A DNA stretch of 31,903 nucleotides from a virus (taxonomy: Duplodnaviria > Heunggongvirae > Uroviricota > Caudoviricetes): IMG/VR virus record IMGVR_UViG_3300045977_000087; one strand, written 5' to 3'. Each line of letters begins with the position of its first letter. Position 1 is the stretch's first letter. The translations under genes were made by a program, and so were the position numbers. Shown piece by piece: positions 26,493-31,903 of this stretch. The notes under the pieces were generated by a model that was not told the origin of the DNA, searched no databases, and was given only the letters and a program-made list of their open reading frames with translations.

Positions 26493-28569
26493 CTATCTTA
26501 GCTTTTAATTCATTGATTTCTACCTGTTGTTCCTTAATAGCTTCTATCAATAAAGCTACCATTTTTTCATATTTGACAGCCTTATAACCATTATCTCTTG
26601 TTGTCACTATCTCAGGCAGTACTTCTTCTACCTCCTGAGCTATAACCCCAATATCATCTCCTTTATAACTATCCTGTTTATCATTCCAGGTAAAAGTATT
26701 ACCTGACAGTTTCATCACTTTATCTAAGGCATTTTCAATAGGTTTAATATTGTCTTTAAGTCTTACATCAGAGGTAGAGAATGCAATAACATCTCCTGCT
26801 GAAGCTATATTACCTCTTGAGAAAATACCATCTGCAGGTATCAGTGTTTCATCAGCCCAACCATAAGATACTAACAAACCTCCAAAATATCCTTTCTGAG
26901 CAGCACCATAGTTCTGAAACTTAAAGGGTAGTGTAGAATGAAATACCCCTTGTGTATTATTATATCCTATTTGGGTGTTCACAAAGGTACCTGTACCTGG
27001 TACATTCATTGTACCAAAGAAGTGGTTACTGACAATAGAACCATTACCTATAGTAACTGTATTGCTACCATTACCTGTAGCAGTATGTCCAATAACAATC
27101 TGATTAGTTTGGCCATTAGCTAATGCTCTACTATAAGCACCTATAAAGATGGAACTGAATGAGTTACTTAAGGCTGAAACACCTCCTGATATATGATGCC
27201 CAGCTCTATAACCTAATGCTGCATTCTCACTGACACTAGAAAGAATAGAGTTGTTTAAATTACCAAGAGCACCATTACCTACAGCTGTATTATAATTTGA
27301 ACCAATACTTGAACCTATACAGTTATGTCCTACAACAACATTACCTGTTCCTTGAGTCATAGTGTAAAGACTGTATGAACCTATAACAACATTAACACTT
27401 GTATCATAAGCTTGATAGAGGGCATTAACCCCCATTGCTATATTATCATAAGAAGCAGGCCCCATTAGGTTCACCATAGTATAGGCCCCTACACCAATAC
27501 ATCTAGTTGTATTCTCAGCATATCTACCAGCAGTTAAACCCCAGAATTGTGAGTTTCCTATAGATGCTCCATATCTTGTCTCACTTACAGTGTTTCCACC
27601 ACTGTTTTTATGGATATCCATTGGGGCTATAGGAGCAGTTACCTGCTTAACAGATATCTGTATTCTACCATCAAAATCAGAGGTAGGAGTTATAATAAGA
27701 GGTAAAGCTGAACCTGCTGACCTAAGGCCTAGAATAGCAGTTCCACTATCTTCCTGAATACTATACAATAAAACACTATTGTAATAAACAGAAACAGTTC
27801 CTACAAAACCAACTGCAGTAACAGAGATTGTTATCTCATAACTTTGGTTAGCTGCTAAAGTAGCAGTTGAAGTTAAGTTTGCAGTTGAGCCTGCAGTGTG
27901 AGTATATCCTGGAGAAACAAGGTTTGAACCTGTCCAGTTTGTACCTGAGGCAGTAGTCATTAATTCAGAACCTACAGTAGTACCATCTGTGGCAGCTACC
28001 CCTTTAAAAATAAAGGAAGTACCATCATCATCAAGTCTTGAGTTTCCAATAGTATTAGCAGAAGTGAATTTAGGCATTGCATTAGTAGTACCTGAAGGAG
28101 CTGCCATAGCCCCTATCTCAGCAAGAGTCCAAGACATATTAGCACTACCATTCACAGATTTACCTGTGTTTCCAATAGTTATTGTTCTTGAGGTACCCCA
28201 ATAGGATGTGGTAATATCAGCAGAACCATCAAAGCTTGTCCCATTAATAAGTCTTGGAGTTGAAAGCTTAGTTGCATTACCTGCAGTTAAGGAGGCAGCA
28301 GTACCTGTAAGGTTAGTACCTGGGCCAGCAAATAAGCCAGCAGTAATAATATTAGCAGCAAAGTTACCTGAAGCATCTCTACTGACAATAGTGGAAGCTG
28401 TATTATTAGAAGTAGCTGTCTGCCCATTTAAGTAATGGGCATTCAGGTTATTTACCATTATGGTAGAAGCAACTATAAATGGGGACACACCTGTGGCAGT
28501 AGATTGGATTTGATTCCCTGTTACCAGCCCAGGTATGGAAATATCTGTTAGAAACTTAGTAGTTGCCAT
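26476..28569 (-). CDS. Tail fibre with YadA-head-like beta-roll repeats and a C-terminal Peptidase S74 intramolecular chaperone, 697 aa
   Basis: Fibre motifs TIVSRDASGNFAA, ATKLSTPRLINGTSFDGSADI and RTITIGNTGKSVNGSANMSW. N.A.G..AL repeats span ~27020-27560. The S74 domain (STS|DVRLKDNI...IGVIAQEVEEVLPEIV...AVKYEKMVALLIEAIKEQQ) spans 26479-26772, with the predicted S|D autocleavage site at 26770/26769. Confidence 0.9.
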   Translation of the reverse strand: MATTKFLTDISIPGLVTGNQIQSTATGVSPFIVASTIMVNNLNAHYLNGQTATSNNTASTIVSRDASGNFAANIITAGLFAGPGTNLTGTAASLTAGNATKLSTPRLINGTSFDGSADITTSYWGTSRTITIGNTGKSVNGSANMSWTLAEIGAMAAPSGTTNAMPKFTSANTIGNSRLDDDGTSFIFKGVAATDGTTVGSELMTTASGTNWTGSNLVSPGYTHTAGSTANLTSTATLAANQSYEITISVTAVGFVGTVSVYYNSVLLYSIQEDSGTAILGLRSAGSALPLIITPTSDFDGRIQISVKQVTAPIAPMDIHKNSGGNTVSETRYGASIGNSQFWGLTAGRYAENTTRCIGVGAYTMVNLMGPASYDNIAMGVNALYQAYDTSVNVVIGSYSLYTMTQGTGNVVVGHNCIGSSIGSNYNTAVGNGALGNLNNSILSSVSENAALGYRAGHHISGGVSALSNSFSSIFIGAYSRALANGQTNQIVIGHTATGNGSNTVTIGNGSIVSNHFFGTMNVPGTGTFVNTQIGYNNTQGVFHSTLPFKFQNYGAAQKGYFGGLLVSYGWADETLIPADGIFSRGNIASAGDVIAFSTSDVRLKDNIKPIENALDKVMKLSGNTFTWNDKQDSYKGDDIGVIAQEVEEVLPEIVTTRDNGYKAVKYEKMVALLIEAIKEQQVEINELKAKIDGLTK

Positions 28570-28582
28570 CAGCTCTTAGTTA

Positions 28583-30277
28583 TTATTTCTTAATCACTAC
28601 TCTATATTGTGCTGTAGTAGGTGCTGAGTTGAATGATACAGTTACAACATTCACAGAAGTTCTAACAATTTGTGCTTCCATCTCCTCACCTGTAGAGTTC
28701 TCATATAGGGTAACACTAACATCCTTGGTATTAAGGTTATGTGTAACAGCAATTGAAGTAGCTGAGTTATCCCCAATATCTTGGGCATATCCACCAACTC
28801 TTGTATCAAGCAGTGTTTTTAATGTTAGAGGAGATACTACATATGGATTATGTAGGGCACCAGCATTAACCTCAGCTTGAGTTGCAAATTCTACCTTACC
28901 TCTTATTGTCTCATCAGCATCAGGTGTTTGTCCTGGTACTACTGATAAGACATAAGTCTTCATTTTAAGAGGGGTAACTGCTCTAAAGTCATCAGTACCT
29001 GCAGTACACTCTGCTTGAGTAGCTAACTCTACAATACCTAATGTTGTTTCAGTAGCTTGTATTGGCAGTTTTGCAGCAAAGGCTTGTGCTAACTTTAATG
29101 GAGATACAATTCTTGAGTCATCTGTACCTGTAGTTACCTCAGCTTGGGTTGCTATCTCAGCAGTACCTTGTACTGTTTCTGAAGCTAATCTAAAGTCTAA
29201 GTAAGTTTTTAATTTTAGTGGGGTAATAACATAGTATTGGTCTAAGGTACCACCATTAGTTTCAGTCTGAGTTGCTATTTCAACATACCCTGTTTGTGTT
29301 TCTGAAGCTAAGTCTATATTCTTTTGAGCAATAGTCCAGTGTGCAAGTGTGGTAGGAGCATCTTGATTTGCTATAATCACATCACCTATTCTAACCTGTT
29401 CAGTAAAGAAGACACCATCAGCAGTAACTGTGTACATCCAACCATTTTTGATGGCTAGTGGACCAGGGTTACCTTCCAAGGCAGGTACATCAGTAGCAGC
29501 ATTATAGCCACCCTTGTTAATAAGTCCTCCTGTAATAGCTGAGGTAATATTATTCAATTCAGTCTGAATCTTTTGAGAAGACCAACCCTGAAGGGTACTG
29601 TTATTAATGGAATCATTAAATGGTTGAGACCATGCTGCAGTAGTAGCACCTGTAGCTCTCAACACCATCCCATTTGCTAAGCCTGCCTGAGCTGATAAGT
29701 CAAGTAGATTAACTTCTGCTGCTGTTGCAAGCACATCTGTAGCACCTGTAGCTAATAGGTGAGTATGTCCAGAGGTAGCTGCACCAATATCCCCAGGAGT
29801 TAAGGACCTTGTAGCAAAGGCTGTAACGTGTCCTTCTGTAGTAGTGGTAACATTGCTGATGACTACTGCTCCTGTTAATGCTGAACCTCCATTCAATATG
29901 TTTCCAGGTGCAAAAGGACCAGGGTGAATATACTTGTTAGCATCAGGTGCTCCAATATATCCAAGGTCAGCTAATGTCATAGCTCTTGTAGTTGCTGAGG
30001 TAACGTGTCCTTCAGCATTGGTTACTAAGGTAGCTAATACATTGGCCCCTGTTAAGTTAGGGTTTAATGCACCAGGTACAGCATGTGTATAGTATCTACC
30101 TAAATCTAGCCAAACAGACCCAGTCCATACATAGGAAGTACTGTCTGCAGTATTCCAATATATCCAACCAGGTTGCTTACCAGCTGTAGCAGGATGTGCT
30201 GCTAAGTTCTGTAAGCTTGCATTTGTTAGTTGATTATTCAGTAAGTTTATATCAACTAAAAATTTCTTATTTGCCAT
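28583..30277 (-). CDS. Tail fibre protein with four T4 gp34/gp12-like repeats and a C-terminal THNL domain, 564 aa
   Basis: N-terminal KFLVDINLLNNQLTNASLQNL, two GHVT repeats, a KGGYNAAT...GD.II...W domain, four ASET..G.VEIATQAE..GTDD...TPLKL repeats, and a C-terminal AVTHNLNTKDVSVTLY. Confidence 0.8.
   Translation of the reverse strand: MANKKFLVDINLLNNQLTNASLQNLAAHPATAGKQPGWIYWNTADSTSYVWTGSVWLDLGRYYTHAVPGALNPNLTGANVLATLVTNAEGHVTSATTRAMTLADLGYIGAPDANKYIHPGPFAPGNILNGGSALTGAVVISNVTTTTEGHVTAFATRSLTPGDIGAATSGHTHLLATGATDVLATAAEVNLLDLSAQAGLANGMVLRATGATTAAWSQPFNDSINNSTLQGWSSQKIQTELNNITSAITGGLINKGGYNAATDVPALEGNPGPLAIKNGWMYTVTADGVFFTEQVRIGDVIIANQDAPTTLAHWTIAQKNIDLASETQTGYVEIATQTETNGGTLDQYYVITPLKLKTYLDFRLASETVQGTAEIATQAEVTTGTDDSRIVSPLKLAQAFAAKLPIQATETTLGIVELATQAECTAGTDDFRAVTPLKMKTYVLSVVPGQTPDADETIRGKVEFATQAEVNAGALHNPYVVSPLTLKTLLDTRVGGYAQDIGDNSATSIAVTHNLNTKDVSVTLYENSTGEEMEAQIVRTSVNVVTVSFNSAPTTAQYRVVIKK
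28808..29308 (-). repeat. Four T4 gp34-like fibre repeats
   Basis: ASETQTGYVEIATQTETNGGT..TPLKLK; ASETVQGTAEIATQAEVTTGTDD..SPLKLA; ATETTLGIVELATQAECTAGTDD..TPLKMK; ADETIRGKVEFATQAEVNAG..SPLTLK. Confidence 0.85.
29783..30091 (-). repeat. Two YxH...LTGA.V......EGHVT..TR.(L/M)T..D(L/I)G repeats
   Basis: Protein-level repeat with an identical 14-nt core gtaacgtgtccttc at 29823-29836 and 30000-30013. Confidence 0.8.
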
Positions 30278-30298
30278 TTCTTATAGTTTTAGTGGTTA

Positions 30299-30730
30299 TT
30301 AATTCAGTGTTGCCACACCTGAAAACCCTGCTGAAAATGTTATTGTTAGTTGATTAACTGATATATGAATTACTTCACCTTCAACCTCTGTTCCTGCTGT
30401 ATCCTTTACAGTCACACTTGGGTACTTATTTAAGTTATGTGTTATAGTCCATACAGAAGCTGATACACCTTGGTCATGAATATAGTTCTTATCCCCTAAG
30501 GCAGCATCTACTTTTGGCACTAAGTGGGCATCTAATATGCCATCTTTAAACCAATACTCAACTCCTGCCACATTTACTGTTAATCCTTGGTGTCTAATAC
30601 CACTAGTTATCTCAGACAAAACCTGTGCTACATTTGTATATGGAGTATTGGCATTGTTGAAATACTTAGTAATCTCAGGTGCTGGGTTCAGTACCTTTAG
30701 TCCACCAGGAAGTTGAATAGTTGCACCCAT
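30299..30730 (-). CDS. Small virion appendage/fibre-associated protein with a C-terminal HNL domain, 143 aa
   Basis: The C-terminal WTITHNLNKYPSVTVKDTAG.EV.GEV...QLTITFSAGFSGVATLN is of the same type as the C-terminal domain of the downstream fibre gene. Confidence 0.65.
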   Translation of the reverse strand: MGATIQLPGGLKVLNPAPEITKYFNNANTPYTNVAQVLSEITSGIRHQGLTVNVAGVEYWFKDGILDAHLVPKVDAALGDKNYIHDQGVSASVWTITHNLNKYPSVTVKDTAGTEVEGEVIHISVNQLTITFSAGFSGVATLN

Positions 30731-30731
30731 G

Positions 30732-31901
30732 TTATGATGTTGTTATTGCGTGTCCTGTACTCACTGAGTATGGTGCACCCAAGGTTAGTGTATATTGATT
30801 ACAAGCTCTGTCAGTTCCTCCTGCATCTTTAACTGTAATAGCAGAGAGGATATAGTTAGCTGTTATATCTGCATTTAAATTACCTGTGTCTATCACCTTA
30901 GTGATAGTTACACCTGGTGGTAAAATTACAACAAAATTCCTATATGTAGTGCCTGTTGTAAGGGTAAAGTTGTTGGCACCACTTGTTTTGAAAGCAGTAC
31001 TTCCAAGCCCTTGAGCATAAGTTCTGTTAGCAGTACCATCATTAGGATTTGATGGCAGTGTTCCTGTAGGCCCCCAATATCTATTGAAGAGTGCTGTAAC
31101 TACAAAGTTATTACTGTTCACATTGGGGCCAGTACTGTTATTGGCTATACCTCTCCAAGACTGTGTAGCACCTGTAAAGTTTAGCTGTGTTGTGGTAATG
31201 GTTGCAGATTGTGTACCATCATTAGGAGTACCTGCCAAGAGTGTAGTACCTGTTGTAACATTGAAGATATCTATTGTACCTATCACACCACTATTCTGGT
31301 TAATGCTCCAGCTGAATATCTTACCTCCTGACAGTGTGGTTCCCACCTCTACTGTAGTAGGCTGTCCTGAAATAGAGAAGGAAGCAAAAGCAGGGTTCAC
31401 ATACTCAAGGGCAATATCAGCAATTACTTGCTGAGCAGTTTTGCCTATGGCAGGAATAGTTTGTCCTGTGGTGTACTTACCCAGAGTCTTACCTCCAGAG
31501 AGTACCACAGGTATATCTGCATCAAAGACACTATTCATTGGAGGTAGTTGGGATAGAGGAACCTTACCTGCACTATCTAAGCCAGCATATCCAAAAGGAA
31601 GTCCTTTATTATTCCAATTCTCTTTTGTTTGGAACTCAGCCATTAAATCAGCTTGGTCCTCCATGTTACCATCAATTTCCCCCCAAGTTGCCTGAGCATC
31701 AATATCCCAAGTTCTGTTTTGAGAAAGGTCTTGTGTTGTTCCATTGATAGTAATTCTTCTATCAGGTGGCACATAATTTCCATCTTCTTCCCATGCAGTA
31801 AAGACAGGGTCTTGCTCTTCATATCCCTGACCAGGATAGATGTCATTTATATATTGTGATAGCTTAGTAGGTTTGTTTCTGATATAAGCTCTTCCTTTAG
31901 G
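30732..31901 (-). CDS. Tail fibre / structural protein, 5'-truncated by the window edge (at least 389 aa)
   Basis: The ORF-track start at 31772 is an internal GTG. The frame stays open to 31901 (PKGRAYIRNKPTKLSQYINDIY...). Fibre motifs YIRNKPTKLSQ, RRITINGTTQDLSQNRTW, ATWGEIDG, GYAGLDSAGKVPLSQLP are followed by Thr-rich beta domains. Confidence 0.75.
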   Translation of the reverse strand, partial: PKGRAYIRNKPTKLSQYINDIYPGQGYEEQDPVFTAWEEDGNYVPPDRRITINGTTQDLSQNRTWDIDAQATWGEIDGNMEDQADLMAEFQTKENWNNKGLPFGYAGLDSAGKVPLSQLPPMNSVFDADIPVVLSGGKTLGKYTTGQTIPAIGKTAQQVIADIALEYVNPAFASFSISGQPTTVEVGTTLSGGKIFSWSINQNSGVIGTIDIFNVTTGTTLLAGTPNDGTQSATITTTQLNFTGATQSWRGIANNSTGPNVNSNNFVVTALFNRYWGPTGTLPSNPNDGTANRTYAQGLGSTAFKTSGANNFTLTTGTTYRNFVVILPPGVTITKVIDTGNLNADITANYILSAITVKDAGGTDRACNQYTLTLGAPYSVSTGHAITTS

Positions 31902-31903
31902 GG

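Larger units (their letters stand above)
1..31903 (-). mobile_element. Segment of a crAss-like (Crassvirales-type) phage genome: tail fibre, tail, ejection protein and virion RNAP module
   Basis: All real genes are on the minus strand, abutting or overlapping. The order fibres > nuclease > ring > IHF-like > ring/tail tubular > muzzle > cargo proteins > giant RNAP matches the conserved crAss-like late module. No host housekeeping genes are present. Confidence 0.9.

Noticed and set aside
22782-30298. Shared CCACTAA..ACTA-like motif in the 22782-22823 and 30278-30298 intergenic gaps as a late promoter
   Set aside because: Only two loose, AT-rich matches with inconsistent spacing to the start codons, which is not distinguishable from chance.
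31772-31772. GTG at 31772 as the start of the last gene, as given in the ORF track
   Set aside because: The frame continues without a stop to the window edge and encodes further fibre motifs (YIRNKPTKLSQ), so the true start lies outside the window.
1331-31859. The many plus-strand ORFs (60-154 aa) and short minus-strand ORFs nested in other frames
   Set aside because: They are shadows of long coding genes on an AT-rich, stop-poor antisense strand, rich in Ser/Leu/Phe, with no recognisable motifs or coupling.
1-31903. tRNA/rRNA genes, CRISPR arrays, DGR template/variable repeats, rho-independent terminators
   Set aside because: Intergenic gaps are at most 47 nt. I saw no cloverleaf, repeat-spacer pattern, long near-identical A-mismatched repeat pair or GC-rich hairpin followed by a U-tract.

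Overview
The window is a 31.9 kb, minus-strand, gene-dense segment of a crAss-like (Crassvirales-type) phage, probably infecting Bacteroidota (no Shine-Dalgarno motifs; one canonical TAnnTTTG promoter box). In transcription order (right to left) it encodes four tail-fibre/appendage genes and a beta-propeller adhesin. These are followed by a small Cys-rich membrane protein, a PD-(D/E)xK nuclease, a ring protein, a 29-aa membrane microprotein missed by the ORF track, an IHF-like protein, an 88-aa unknown and a second ring (tail tubular) protein. The late block ends with a 1827-aa muzzle/tail-stabilisation protein, two ejection (cargo) proteins and a giant (at least 4054 aa) virion RNA polymerase polyprotein with a DFDVD catalytic motif. 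The polymerase runs off the left edge and is absent from the ORF track. The most striking non-genic signal is oligonucleotide avoidance: by manual scan I found only 9 CG dinucleotides (roughly 1,000 expected) and no GATC in the whole window. Genes use the standard code (TAA, TAG and TGA all act as stops). I saw no RNA genes, CRISPR arrays, introns or inteins. Family assignments rest on recognised motifs and synteny, not on database searches.
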